From Burkholderiales bacterium (GTDB taxonomy: Bacteria > Pseudomonadota > Gammaproteobacteria > Burkholderiales > SG8-41): a DNA stretch of 56,425 bases. A program made the translations under genes and the position numbers. Shown here in pieces: positions 1-9,297 of the stretch. Within the stretch, counting starts at the first letter, position 1; the number at the start of each line of letters is the position of its first letter. The DNA lies in the NCBI GenBank assembly GCA_044867805.1, contig JBIOVQ010000281.1:1-56425 (forward strand), written 5' to 3'. A model generated the notes under the pieces. The model was not told where the DNA came from, searched no databases, and saw only the letters and a program-made list of their open reading frames with translations.

Positions 1-91
1 TTGACCATATCGACATAGGGCCTTCGTCGGGCGCCTTGCATCCGGTCCGTCCTGGCCACAACGCATCACGCGCCTATATATGAAATAGGTT

Positions 92-880
92 CTAGTAGTG
101 CCGGGGCTGCGTGCGGGCGCTGCCGAACTGCTCGGGCTTGTCGGCGGGCGCGGGCAGATTGTTCCGGGTGCCGTTCGCGTTGGAAACCCTCTTCTCGAAG
201 GCCGCCGCAGGCTTGAAAAACATGTGCGCAAACTTGGACCAGGGCACCGATCCGAACAGCACCGTCGTGGCCATGATGTACAAGCCGAAGAACACGTTGG
301 CCGCGGGACTCGCCCTCGTTTGCAGGAAGGCCCAGACCAGGCCCAGCGTTACGCTGCCCAGAAGCGAGAGAATGAACAAATCCGCGTGCATGACGCGGAA
401 CGGTGAGTTGCCTTCAGCGGCGACATCAGCCCGAATGAAGAACCAGAACCAGTATCCGCCGAGGAGAATCATCACACCGCCGCTCCACCAGAGCTGCGGC
501 AGGATGGCGGGCGTCTGCGCGGCGGGCGTCGGGTAGCCGAACACCATGACGGCGGTGGTGATGACGTAGAGCAGGAACCCGTACATGGTCAGCAGATGGG
601 CGGCGCGGCGGCGCGCGCTGCAGAATTCCCCGGAAGCCAGGACGTCCACCAGGCCGGTCTTGACGGCGAGCGACACCCATTCGCCGCCACCGATTTGCCG
701 CTGCCCTTTCCTCTTCGACTCGCGCCAATTGTCGAAAAAATACCTGGCGCTCCCCTTGTGCACGATGTCGAACAGCGTCCCCGCCGCAACCAGGACAATC
801 ATGATGACGACATAGGTCTGCGTGACGGCAGGCGGTATGAAGACCGATAGCTCGGCAAACGGATTGCTGGTGAACATCAA
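92..880 (-). CDS. Polytopic membrane protein of the NarI/HdrE/DsrM (nitrate-reductase-gamma-like) type; possible AprM-like redox anchor
   Basis: 262-aa ORF with 5-6 hydrophobic helices. Histidines sit at helix ends (DIVHKG, AAHLLTMYG, VMHADLF, KFAHMFFKP), as in di-haem b membrane anchors. The family call rests on this motif pattern only. Confidence 0.45.
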   Translation of the reverse strand: MMFTSNPFAELSVFIPPAVTQTYVVIMIVLVAAGTLFDIVHKGSARYFFDNWRESKRKGQRQIGGGEWVSLAVKTGLVDVLASGEFCSARRRAAHLLTMYGFLLYVITTAVMVFGYPTPAAQTPAILPQLWWSGGVMILLGGYWFWFFIRADVAAEGNSPFRVMHADLFILSLLGSVTLGLVWAFLQTRASPAANVFFGLYIMATTVLFGSVPWSKFAHMFFKPAAAFEKRVSNANGTRNNLPAPADKPEQFGSARTQPRHY

Positions 881-891
881 CGGCCCCCTCC

Positions 892-1590
892 ATGGCCCCT
901 TACTTCCCTGATTTTAAGAGCGCGTGGAAAGGCGAGCGCCCAAAAAAGGGCTATGCGGTCATAGAAAAAACTTCGAGGCGCACGGCCTCGGGGGCGCCCA
1001 GGTTGACCGCAGCGGGCTGCGGTGCGCAAAATGGAGCAGAACGCGGTCGAGCCCATACGGACCGGGGAAGCAGCAACCTGAAAATCTGCATCGTTTCCGA
1101 CAGCCACGACCATCGCGAGCCTCTTGCCGCGGCCGTCGGGGAGGCCAAGGCGCTCGGCGCTCAGGCCGTACTACACTGCGGCGACCTGGTGGCACCTTCC
1201 ACGCTGCACGCGATCATCGGATTGGAGCTTCCGATCCACCTGATTCACGGCAACAACGCGGGTGATATGTTTCACCTGTCCAGGTTCGCACAGGATCCCG
1301 GGAACCGCGTGCATTACTACGGCCAGGACGGGTCACTGACCCTGGCGCAAAGGCGGATATTCCTGGTGCACTACCCGCATTACGCCAGGGCAATGGCGCT
1401 CACCGGCGACTATGAGCTGGTGTGCAACGGTCATGAGCACCGCGCCATCGTCGAGCGTGTCCGGAACGTCAAAGGGGACGAGACGCTGCGAATCGATCCC
1501 GGGACGGTCGCGGGCGTGAGCGCGCCCGCGACCTACGTGCTCGGCGATTTGCGGACCCTGGAATTCGAGATCCGGCCGGTTCCCCTTTGA
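892..1590 (+). CDS. YfcE/MJ0936-type metallophosphoesterase
   Basis: Motifs ICIVSDSHDH, HCGDL, GNNAGD and NGHEH match the calcineurin-like phosphoesterase signature. The first ~62 codons look non-protein-like, so the true start may be near 1078 (CTG before KICIVSD, GGGGAAG upstream). Confidence 0.75.
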   Translation: MAPYFPDFKSAWKGERPKKGYAVIEKTSRRTASGAPRLTAAGCGAQNGAERGRAHTDRGSSNLKICIVSDSHDHREPLAAAVGEAKALGAQAVLHCGDLVAPSTLHAIIGLELPIHLIHGNNAGDMFHLSRFAQDPGNRVHYYGQDGSLTLAQRRIFLVHYPHYARAMALTGDYELVCNGHEHRAIVERVRNVKGDETLRIDPGTVAGVSAPATYVLGDLRTLEFEIRPVPL

Positions 1591-1611
1591 ATCGCGACTG
1601 CTAAGGCGGGA

Positions 1612-2784
1612 ATGGTGGAATCAACCGCGTCGGTTCTGGGCCCCAGCCGGTTGTTCCGGCACACGCTGATGGCCTGGGCCGGGACAGGAGCACTCCTCGC
1701 TTGTTGCCCGTTCGTTTCCCTGGCGCAGACGGTCAAGAGCCAGGAGCATTCGATCCGGGTGGTCAAGCTCGTCGAGGGATTGGAGCATCCCTGGGGACTG
1801 GCCTTCCTGCCGGACGGCAGAATGCTCGTCACCGAACGGCCGGGGCGCCTGCGAGTGGTGCAGGATGGGAAGCTCCTGCCGCAGCCGGTCGCCGGGCTTC
1901 CGCCGGTCGCGGCGGTGGGGCAAGGCGGACTCCTCGACGTGGCGGCACATCCGCGCTTCAGTGAGAACGGCTTCGTTTACCTCGCCTACGCGGCGCGCGG
2001 AGAGGGCGGCGTGGGAACCGAGGTGGCACGCGGCCGGCTGGCAGGCAGCCGGCTCGGGGACGTCAAAGTCATCTTCCGTCAGCTACCCAAGAGCGGCGGG
2101 GGACGGCACTTCGGTTCACGCCTCGTTTTCGACCGCGAAGGTTATCTCTACATCACTCTCGGCGATCGCGGCGAGATGGAGCGCGCCCAGAAGCCCGACG
2201 ATCACGCGGGATCGGTCATCCGCCTGCACGATGATGGCCGCATCCCCGCGGACAATCCGTTTGCCGGCAAGCCCGGCTGGAAGCCCGAGAAATACACGCT
2301 GGGCAACCGGAACATGCAAGGCGCCGCGCTCCACCCGCAGACAGGACGCCTGTGGACCCATGAGCATGGGCCGCAGGGCGGCGACGAGGTGAATGTGATG
2401 CGTGCCGGGGCCAATTACGGCTGGCCGGTCATCACCTACGGGGTGAATTACGGATTCGGCACGAAGATCGGCGAAGGCACGCGCAAACCGGGAATGGAGC
2501 AGCCGCTCCATTACTGGGTACCGTCGATCGCTCCCTCGGGGATGGCGTTCTATACGGGCGACAAGTTCCCGCGCTGGCGCGGCGACCTCTTCGTAGGTGC
2601 GCTGCGCGACGAGATGCTGGTGCGGCTCAGGCTCGACGGCGAAAAAATCGTGCAGGAAGAACGCCTGCTCAGGGGCGTACTCGGGCGCATACGTGACGTG
2701 CGCAGCGGGCCCGACGGCTTCCTCTATCTTCTGAACGATGAGCCGCGCGGAGTGCTGGCGCGGCTCGAGCCCGCCGCTCCCTGA
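1612..2784 (+). CDS. PQQ-dependent sugar (glucose/sorbosone) dehydrogenase, YliI-like, secreted
   Basis: 390 aa with an N-terminal signal-like helix. Beta-propeller motifs include GLEHPWGLAFLPDGRMLVTERPGRLRVV, GGLLDVAAHP and NYGWPV. Confidence 0.85.
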   Translation: MVESTASVLGPSRLFRHTLMAWAGTGALLACCPFVSLAQTVKSQEHSIRVVKLVEGLEHPWGLAFLPDGRMLVTERPGRLRVVQDGKLLPQPVAGLPPVAAVGQGGLLDVAAHPRFSENGFVYLAYAARGEGGVGTEVARGRLAGSRLGDVKVIFRQLPKSGGGRHFGSRLVFDREGYLYITLGDRGEMERAQKPDDHAGSVIRLHDDGRIPADNPFAGKPGWKPEKYTLGNRNMQGAALHPQTGRLWTHEHGPQGGDEVNVMRAGANYGWPVITYGVNYGFGTKIGEGTRKPGMEQPLHYWVPSIAPSGMAFYTGDKFPRWRGDLFVGALRDEMLVRLRLDGEKIVQEERLLRGVLGRIRDVRSGPDGFLYLLNDEPRGVLARLEPAAP

Positions 2785-2810
2785 TTCCTGCCCGAAGAGG
2801 AGGTGCTGCC

Positions 2811-3287
2811 ATGAAACGCCGCCCCGCTGGCCACCGCGCGCATCCGGCACGTGCGCGCGCGGCATCAACCAAAGCGTCGCCGCGCTTCAAGGTTCGCTAC
2901 AGCTCCCCGGCCACGCTCTTCGACCCGAAAGCGTACAGCCACGTGGTAGAGGTGGAGGGCGGCCGCCTGCTCTTCGTATCCGGGCAGGTGCCGGTGAACG
3001 CCCAGCGGCAGCTCTCCAGCAAGGACCTGCGCGAGCAGGTCGGCCGGGTCTACGACAATATTGAAGCCGTGCTCAAATCAGTCGGCGCGGGTCTCGAGCA
3101 CGTGATCAAGACCAACAATTACCTCACGAACATCTCGCAGACCGGGGTTTTTCGCGAGGTGCGCGACCAGCGCTTCGCCCATCTGGCCACGAAACCGGCC
3201 AGCACCACCGTCGTGGTCACGGCGCTGGTCGACCCCAACTATCTGCTGGAGATCGAAGTCATCGCCGCCGTGCCGCCGAGGAAATGA
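2811..3287 (+). CDS. RidA/YjgF/RutC-family protein
   Basis: Motifs AYSHVVEV..LLFVSGQVP, NIEAVLKSVGAGLEHVIKTNNYL and STTVVVTALV. A strong GAGGAGG lies 7 nt upstream of the ATG at 2811. Confidence 0.85.
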   Translation: MKRRPAGHRAHPARARAASTKASPRFKVRYSSPATLFDPKAYSHVVEVEGGRLLFVSGQVPVNAQRQLSSKDLREQVGRVYDNIEAVLKSVGAGLEHVIKTNNYLTNISQTGVFREVRDQRFAHLATKPASTTVVVTALVDPNYLLEIEVIAAVPPRK

Positions 3288-3308
3288 ATGAGGGGATACT
3301 CCCCTCAT
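3288..3308. terminator. Perfect 9-bp stem hairpin (ATGAGGGGA-TAC-TCCCCTCAT) directly after the ridA-like stop
   Basis: Read directly from the sequence. It lies between convergent genes. Confidence 0.5.
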
Positions 3309-3344
3309 GCACCCCTAAGTCAGCGATAGAAGGTGACGATGGAA

Positions 3345-3362
3345 TGAGGGGATACCCCCTCA
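3345..3362. terminator. Second copy of the same hairpin motif (TGAGGGG-ATAC-CCCCTCA), overlapping the scpB stop codon
   Basis: It is a direct repeat of the GAATGAGGGGATAC.CCCTCA motif seen at 3286-3308. Confidence 0.45.
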
Positions 3363-3995
3363 GGCTGCGGCCCTGCGGGGCTCCTCGATGGGCTCGGGCT
3401 CCTCTGCCGCCGGCGGCAGCGGCTCAAGCGCGCTCGCCGTGTCGACCAGGGACGCCAGGTCGTCGAGGGGCGGCAATTCCTCGAGCGAGCCCAGGTTGAG
3501 GTCGTCGAGGAACATCCGGGTGGTCGCGAACAGCTCCGGCCGTCCCGGCACATCCTTGTGCCCCACCACGTCGATCCAGCCCCGCGCTTCTAGCGCCCTG
3601 ATGATGTTCGGAGACACCACGACCCCGCGTATCTCCTCGATATCGCCGCGCGTGCACGGCTGCCGGTAGGCGATGATCGCGAGCGTTTCCAGCACCGCGC
3701 GCGAGTAGCGCGGCGGCTTCTGCGGGTTCAGGCGATCGATGAACTTCTGGAACTCGGGTCGCGCCCTGAAGCGCCAGCCGGAAGCGACGTGGGTGAGCTC
3801 GACACCCCGTCCCTGCCAGTCACGCCGTAATTCTTCCAGCACGCGCCGCAAGGTGTCGGTGGAAACCTCCTCGTCGAACAGCTTCTTCAGTTCCGCGTAG
3901 GGGAGCGGCTCCGGACTCGTCAGCAGCGCGGTTTCCAGCAGCGTCTTGACGTATCCCAGGTCGAGGTTCGGCATAGTCAGGGTCCTTCCAGTCAT
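3360..3995 (-). CDS. scpB: Segregation and condensation protein B
   Basis: Motifs [43 protein letters not shown] and GRPELFATT. The ATG at 3995 overlaps the scpA stop (ATGA). The longer 306-aa ORF-track version is unlikely. Confidence 0.85.
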   Translation of the reverse strand: MTGRTLTMPNLDLGYVKTLLETALLTSPEPLPYAELKKLFDEEVSTDTLRRVLEELRRDWQGRGVELTHVASGWRFRARPEFQKFIDRLNPQKPPRYSRAVLETLAIIAYRQPCTRGDIEEIRGVVVSPNIIRALEARGWIDVVGHKDVPGRPELFATTRMFLDDLNLGSLEELPPLDDLASLVDTASALEPLPPAAEEPEPIEEPRRAAA

Positions 3996-4795
3996 TCCAC
4001 GGCCGTCAGGTGGCCGCCCTTCAATCTCACGTAGATGGGCGCGTAGGCCTGCTGCTGGCTGATCTCGACGAGGCTCTCGCGCGCGAGCTCCAGCAGCGAA
4101 AGGAACGTCACCACCAGCACGGCAATGCCTTGCGCAGGATCGAACAGATCCCGGAATTCGACATAGCGCGCTTCCTGCAAGCGGCGCAGGATGCGGGTCA
4201 TGTAGTCGCGCACCGACAGCTGCTCGCGGGTAATGCGGTGATGGCGGTTCACGGCGGCGCGCGTCAGCAGGGCGAGCCATGCGGTGCGCAGGTCCTCCGC
4301 CCTGACATCGGGCAGCTGCTCCGCCATCGATTTCTCGAACAGCACCTGCACCAGCGCGAAGTCCCGCCCCGCCAGGGGCAGCTCGTTCATGCGCTGCGCC
4401 GCGCGCTTCATGCGCTCGTATTCCATCAGGCGCCGCATCAGCTCGGCGCGCGGATCCTCCTCGTGGTCGCCGATCACCGGCCGCGGCAGCAACATCCGCG
4501 ACTTGATCTCGATCAGCAGGGCCGCCATCAGGAGGTACTCCGCCGCAAGCTCGAGCGAGCGCGTCCGCATCAGCTCGACGTACTCGAGGTACTGGGCGGT
4601 CAGCGCCGCCATCGGTATGTCCAGTACGTTGATGTTCTCCTTGCGGATCAGATACAGCAGAAGATCGAGCGGTCCCTGGAACTGCTCGAGAAAAACCTCC
4701 AGGGCGTCGGGCGGGATATACAGGTCGCGCGGCACCTCGTGCAGCGGCTGGCCGTAGACCGTGGCGATCGGCGCCTCGATGACGGATTCCATCAT
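3992..4795 (-). CDS. scpA: Segregation and condensation protein A
   Basis: Kleisin N-terminus [34 protein letters not shown]; 267 aa; lies upstream of scpB. Confidence 0.9.
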   Translation of the reverse strand: MMESVIEAPIATVYGQPLHEVPRDLYIPPDALEVFLEQFQGPLDLLLYLIRKENINVLDIPMAALTAQYLEYVELMRTRSLELAAEYLLMAALLIEIKSRMLLPRPVIGDHEEDPRAELMRRLMEYERMKRAAQRMNELPLAGRDFALVQVLFEKSMAEQLPDVRAEDLRTAWLALLTRAAVNRHHRITREQLSVRDYMTRILRRLQEARYVEFRDLFDPAQGIAVLVVTFLSLLELARESLVEISQQQAYAPIYVRLKGGHLTAVE

Positions 4796-4995
4796 GACGA
4801 TGCGCGGCGGCCGGGCACGAACAGGCCGCGGCCTGGGGGATTCTGGGGGGGACCTCGCCTGCCGGCTGGGGGGGAGCCGTTGGTTACGGAGTCCGGTCGA
4901 GGGGCCAGTAGCCCACCGCCCGGCAAAGGCGATGCTGGCATTACGTGTAATTGTACAGCTTTTTGGCGGGGAAAAACAGATACTTGCAGATCGGG

Positions 4996-6198
4996 TCAGG
5001 TGTAGTTCAGTCCCATGACCTGCCGCACTTCGCGCAGCGTCTCCTGCGCCTGCTTGCGCGCCTTCTCGCAGCCGTCGGCGATGATGCTGCGCACCAGCGT
5101 GGGGTCGTCCAGGTAGCGCTGGGCCCGCTCACGCATCGGCTTCTGCTCTTCGAGTATGGCGTCGATGACCGTTTGCTTGCACTCGAGGCAACCAATGCCG
5201 GCGCTGCGACAGCCTTCCTGCACCCACTTCTTGCGCTTCTCGTCGGAATACACCAGGTGGAACTGCCAGACCGGGCACTTGTCCGGGTCGCCGGGATCGG
5301 TGCGCTTCACGCGCGCCGGATCGGTCGGCATGGTGCGGATCTTCCCGGCGATGCTTTCGGCGTCCTCGCGCAGGCCGATCGTGTTGTCGTAGGACTTCGA
5401 CATCTTCTGTCCGTCCAGACCGGGCATTTTCGACGCTTCCGTCAGCAAGGCCTGCGGCTCGGTCAGCACCACTTTCCCGCCGCCTTCGATGTAGCCGAAC
5501 AGCCGCTCGCGATCCCCCATGGGCAGGTTCTGGGCATCGTCCACCAGCGTGCGCGCCTCGGACAGGGCGGCCGCATCGCCCTTCTCCAGGAACCGGGTGC
5601 GCAGCTGGCGGTAGAGCCGGGCCCGCTTGGCGCCGAGCTTCTTGATCGCCGCCTCGGCTTTCTGCTCGAAGCCCTCCTCGCGGCCGAAAACGTGATTGAA
5701 GCGCCGCGCCACTTCGCGGGTGAACTCGATGTGCGGCACCTGGTCTTCGCCGACTGGCACGAGATTCGCGCGATAGGCAAGGATGTCGGCGCTCTGCAGC
5801 AGCGGGTAGCCGAGAAAGCCGTAGGTCGAGAGGTCCTTGTCGGCCAGCTTTTCCTGCTGGTCCTTGTAGGTCGGAATGCGCTCGAGCCAGCCCAGCGGGG
5901 TCACCATGGACAGCAGCACATGCAGCTCGGCGTGCTCGGGAACCCGCGACTGGATGAACAGGGTCGCCTGCGCCGGGTCCACGCCCGCCGCGAGCCAATC
6001 GACCACCATCTCCCATACGTTCTGCTCGACGACCTCGGGAGTCTCGTAGTGCGTCGTCAGCGCATGCCAATCGGCGACGAAGTACAGGCATTCGTATTCG
6101 TGCTGCAACTTCACCCAGTTCTTGAGCACGCCGTGGTAGTGGCCGAGATGCAGCGCGCCGGTCGGGCGCATTCCGGAGAGAACGCGGTTGGAGAACAT
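4996..6198 (-). CDS. trpS: Tryptophan--tRNA ligase (long form)
   Basis: Class I motifs GALHLGHYHG (HIGH) and KMSKSY (KMSKS); 400 aa. Confidence 0.95.
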   Translation of the reverse strand: MFSNRVLSGMRPTGALHLGHYHGVLKNWVKLQHEYECLYFVADWHALTTHYETPEVVEQNVWEMVVDWLAAGVDPAQATLFIQSRVPEHAELHVLLSMVTPLGWLERIPTYKDQQEKLADKDLSTYGFLGYPLLQSADILAYRANLVPVGEDQVPHIEFTREVARRFNHVFGREEGFEQKAEAAIKKLGAKRARLYRQLRTRFLEKGDAAALSEARTLVDDAQNLPMGDRERLFGYIEGGGKVVLTEPQALLTEASKMPGLDGQKMSKSYDNTIGLREDAESIAGKIRTMPTDPARVKRTDPGDPDKCPVWQFHLVYSDEKRKKWVQEGCRSAGIGCLECKQTVIDAILEEQKPMRERAQRYLDDPTLVRSIIADGCEKARKQAQETLREVRQVMGLNYT

Positions 6199-6201
6199 GG
6201 C

Positions 6202-6897
6202 TCAGATGACGCCGGTCAACCGGGCAAGGTCGCCTGCCGAAAGATCGAACAGCGCAGCGATCAGCTGCATCAGCGCAGTGATCGGGGGCAGGAGCAGGTA
6301 TCCGAGCACGCCGCTGAAAAGGAGCACCAGCAATATGACGAAGCCGTACGGCTCGATGCGCGCGAACCGCCAGGAAAGGCGGTGGGGCAGCAGGCTCACC
6401 ACGATACGCCCGCCATCGAGCGGCGGCAGTGGCACCAGGTTGAGCACCGCGATGATGATATTGAAGAACACGCCCGCGGCGCCCATCAACGCAAGCGGCA
6501 GGCCGAAAGTGCTGTCCGGCACGGACAACCCGAGCTTGATCATCAACGCCCAGAACAACGCCATGGCGAGATTGCTCAGCGGCCCGGCGGCGGCCACCCA
6601 CAGCATGTCCCGCTTGGGGTGCCTGAGATTGGAGAAATTGACCGGTACCGGCTTGGCCCAGCCGAAGATGATGCCGCCGCCGAAAAGCTTCGTCACCGCC
6701 AGCAGTATCAGTGGCAAAGCGATCGTCCCGACGGGATCGATATGCCGCAGGGGGTTCAGGCTGACCCGCCCCTCCTGGAAGGCCGTCATGTCGCCGAAAT
6801 GCCTGGCAACGTAACCATGGGCCGCCTCGTGCAGCGTGATCGCGAAGATGACGGGCAGCGCGTAGATCGCAATGACCTGGACTAGGTTGAGTTCCAA
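6202..6897 (-). CDS. Site-2 protease family (peptidase M50) membrane metalloprotease
   Basis: HEAAHGY zinc motif, multiple TM helices, PLPPLDGGRI motif. Confidence 0.85.
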   Translation of the reverse strand: MELNLVQVIAIYALPVIFAITLHEAAHGYVARHFGDMTAFQEGRVSLNPLRHIDPVGTIALPLILLAVTKLFGGGIIFGWAKPVPVNFSNLRHPKRDMLWVAAAGPLSNLAMALFWALMIKLGLSVPDSTFGLPLALMGAAGVFFNIIIAVLNLVPLPPLDGGRIVVSLLPHRLSWRFARIEPYGFVILLVLLFSGVLGYLLLPPITALMQLIAALFDLSAGDLARLTGVI

Positions 6898-6981
6898 ATG
6901 GAGGGCGCGGGCTGATGACCCGGGAATATTTTATCAGGCTGCCCGGGCCAACGAATCCGGCGCATCCCGCGTTCCGTATCT

Positions 6982-7785
6982 ATGGTCATTCGCGTTGCAG
7001 TGCCGATCCGGATGACTTGCCTCAGGAACGTCCTTGCAGCCATGCTGCTCGCCGGGCTCCCCGCGCTCGCCGGGGCCGCGGAATGCACCGCGGAAAGCGG
7101 GCCGCAGCGGACCGCGTTGCTCGAGCTCTACACCTCCGAGGGCTGCGACAGCTGCCCTCCCGCCGATCGCTGGGCAAGCAGCCTGCCGAGCCGCGGTTTC
7201 AGCTCCGATCGCCTCGTGGCGCTCGCCTTCCACGTCGACTACTGGAACTACCTGGGGTGGCGGGATCCGTACTCCAAGGCGGAATACGGCGACCGGCAGC
7301 GGACGGCGAGCGCGCGTAACCGGGCCCGCGTGGTGTACACGCCGCAATTCCTGCTGAACGGGAAGGATTATCGCCGCGCCATGCTCGTGGATGACCTGGA
7401 CGAGCGCGTAAAGGCCATCAGCCGGCAGCCGGCGCAGGCGGGAATACGCCTCCGACTCGACGCAAGGAATGAAGGCACGCTGCACGTCGCTGGAAAGGCC
7501 ATGACGGCGCGGTCAGGAGCGCATGCCTACCTGGCGCTCTACGAGAACAACCTCTCGAATCAGGTCACGGCCGGAGAAAACAGGGGCAAGCGGCTGCGCC
7601 ACGACTTCGTGGTCCGGCAGCTGGCAGGCCCCTTCGTTCTGGGCACCGGGCGAGAAGCTTCGTTCAGACAGCCCTTCCCGCTTCAGCCGGCCTGGAAGAC
7701 GCACGACCTGCATATCGCCGCTTTTGTACAGAACGAAAGCACTGGCGATGTGCTGCAATCACTGACGGTGGCTGTCTGCCGCTGA
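6982..7785 (+). CDS. DUF1223 thioredoxin-like secreted protein
   Basis: Signal peptide, then ELYTSEGCDSCPPAD and HVDYWNYLGWRDPY. The start could instead be the later Met at 7012. Confidence 0.8.
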   Translation: MVIRVAVPIRMTCLRNVLAAMLLAGLPALAGAAECTAESGPQRTALLELYTSEGCDSCPPADRWASSLPSRGFSSDRLVALAFHVDYWNYLGWRDPYSKAEYGDRQRTASARNRARVVYTPQFLLNGKDYRRAMLVDDLDERVKAISRQPAQAGIRLRLDARNEGTLHVAGKAMTARSGAHAYLALYENNLSNQVTAGENRGKRLRHDFVVRQLAGPFVLGTGREASFRQPFPLQPAWKTHDLHIAAFVQNESTGDVLQSLTVAVCR

Positions 7786-7900
7786 AGCCGGGGCCCGAAA
7801 TCTATGCTGGCGAAGTCGCAAACGTGTTATTGTTCATCTACTTATTCTCCCAACGTCAACTCAGATGTAAGTCGCTATAATTTTGCAGCAAGGGGAGATC

Positions 7901-8404
7901 GTGAACCGTTATCAACGCATCGCGGTCAGGATCGCGGTAGTGAATTTACTGGTGATCCTGCTTTTTCCGCCTTTCGACATGCACTCGATCGCCAGCGCAT
8001 TTGCGCCGGCGTTTGCCGGGTTCTATTTCGTTCTCAATGCACCCCTCTTCGCCCAGGTCAATTTCAGCGTGCTCACGCTGGAAGTGATGGTGGTGGTGGT
8101 CAACACCGGCATCGCCTGGCTGCTGCTGCGGGACAGGGCGTCCGCCGCGGAAAAGCCGAAGCTGAGCCTTCAGAACGCGGTCCTGATAACGACCGGCGCA
8201 AATCTCATCCTGATGCTGTTGTTCCCGCCGTTCACGACGGTGTACACGCTGACCAACGCCGTGCCGCCGACCTTCGAAGGTTTCTACTTCATTTTCAACC
8301 AGGATCCCAACCACGCCATCGCCGCCGGCATTCTTCACCTGGAGATCATCTTCATCCTGGTGAACGGCGGGCTGTTCTGGCTCTCCTTCAACGAAGGGAT
8401 GTAG
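7901..8404 (+). CDS. Small membrane protein made of two tandem homologous halves (function unknown)
   Basis: GTG at 7901 is preceded by AGGGGAG, with a TATAAT at 7876-7881. The LLFPPF...GFYF..N...LE....VN.G..WL pattern occurs twice. Confidence 0.5.
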   Translation: MNRYQRIAVRIAVVNLLVILLFPPFDMHSIASAFAPAFAGFYFVLNAPLFAQVNFSVLTLEVMVVVVNTGIAWLLLRDRASAAEKPKLSLQNAVLITTGANLILMLLFPPFTTVYTLTNAVPPTFEGFYFIFNQDPNHAIAAGILHLEIIFILVNGGLFWLSFNEGM

Positions 8405-8411
8405 GCGCGGG

Positions 8412-8434
8412 CGCGCGCCGGCCTGCGGCGCGCG
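8412..8434. terminator. GC-rich 9-bp stem hairpin between convergent genes
   Basis: CGCGCGCCG-GCCTG-CGGCGCGCG read from the sequence. Confidence 0.35.
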
Positions 8435-8497
8435 GCGCAGATCATCCAGCGATTCGGGGAGAGCGAGCGGCGCCGATCCAGCGCGCGCCACCGGCCG

Positions 8498-9145
8498 TTA
8501 CGCGACTTTCTGGCGCAGGCGGCTTTGCGCCGGAACGTGCTGGGCCAGGAATTCCATCTGGTCCGCCAGGATCCGGCGGTTGGTCAGAATCAGGTATTCC
8601 GCGCGGTTCGGCACGTACGGCAGGTAGATCAACTCCATGCCCGCCTGCTCCGGCGTGCAATTGCCCTTGCGCTCGTTGCACGCCCGGCACGCGGTCACGG
8701 AGTTCATCCAGCTGTCCCTGCCGCCGCGTGAGAACGGCGTTACGTGGTCGCGGGTCAGCCTGGAAATCGGGAACATCCCGCCGCAATAGGCGCAAACTTG
8801 GCGGTCGCGGTGAAACAACTCGCGGTTGTTGAGCGGCGGCACCTGGCCGAACGACTTCATCGCCATCGCCTTGCCCTTGATTGCGATGATGCTGGACGAC
8901 GTAATGGACGATCGCCGCCCGGTCAGGCGGTTCATGCCGCCGTAGACGGTAAACGCCCGCGCCCCCGTGGCCCATGCCACCTGGTCCTTGGCGTAGTAGT
9001 AGCACGCATGCTGCCAGCTGATCCAGCGATGCGGCACGCCGTGTGTGTCGAGCGTCAGGATCAACGGGTACAGGTTGTGCAGCAGCGCCGCCTGTTCGGC
9101 GCCCGGGAACATCTCCGCGAATTGCTGTTGTGCGTGCGCGCTCAT
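8498..9145 (-). CDS. HNH endonuclease family protein
   Basis: HNH/zinc motif CAYCGG...DHVTPFSRGG...N..TACRACNERKG. I prefer the ATG at 9145 (MSAHAQQ) to the longer ORF-track start. Confidence 0.8.
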   Translation of the reverse strand: MSAHAQQQFAEMFPGAEQAALLHNLYPLILTLDTHGVPHRWISWQHACYYYAKDQVAWATGARAFTVYGGMNRLTGRRSSITSSSIIAIKGKAMAMKSFGQVPPLNNRELFHRDRQVCAYCGGMFPISRLTRDHVTPFSRGGRDSWMNSVTACRACNERKGNCTPEQAGMELIYLPYVPNRAEYLILTNRRILADQMEFLAQHVPAQSRLRQKVA

Positions 9146-9297
9146 TGCAGGACGAAATTTACCAGATTTTTGAATTCGTGGCAGTTTTCGACGCTGACAG
9201 GCCGCCTCCAGCGTGGTAAGCCGCACCGCAGCAAGGTATAATTGCGGTCCGTGAACGACCAGCACCCAGCCTCCCGCCGGGGCCGCAACCGGCGATC

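Noticed and set aside
4796-4995. 200-nt gap between trpS and scpA, examined for an attenuator, T-box or terminator
   Set aside because: It contains only weak GC-rich pairings, with nothing resembling a T-box or a clear hairpin plus U-tract.
4951-6885. 644-aa ORF opposite trpS and the M50 protease
   Set aside because: It spans two well-supported genes on the other strand and has no recognisable motifs, so it is a GC-driven open frame.
8498-9145. HNH endonuclease as a marker of a defence island, prophage or mobile intron
   Set aside because: It is a stand-alone small gene flanked by housekeeping genes. There are no partner methylase, helicase, integrase or terminase genes, and no compositional break is visible.
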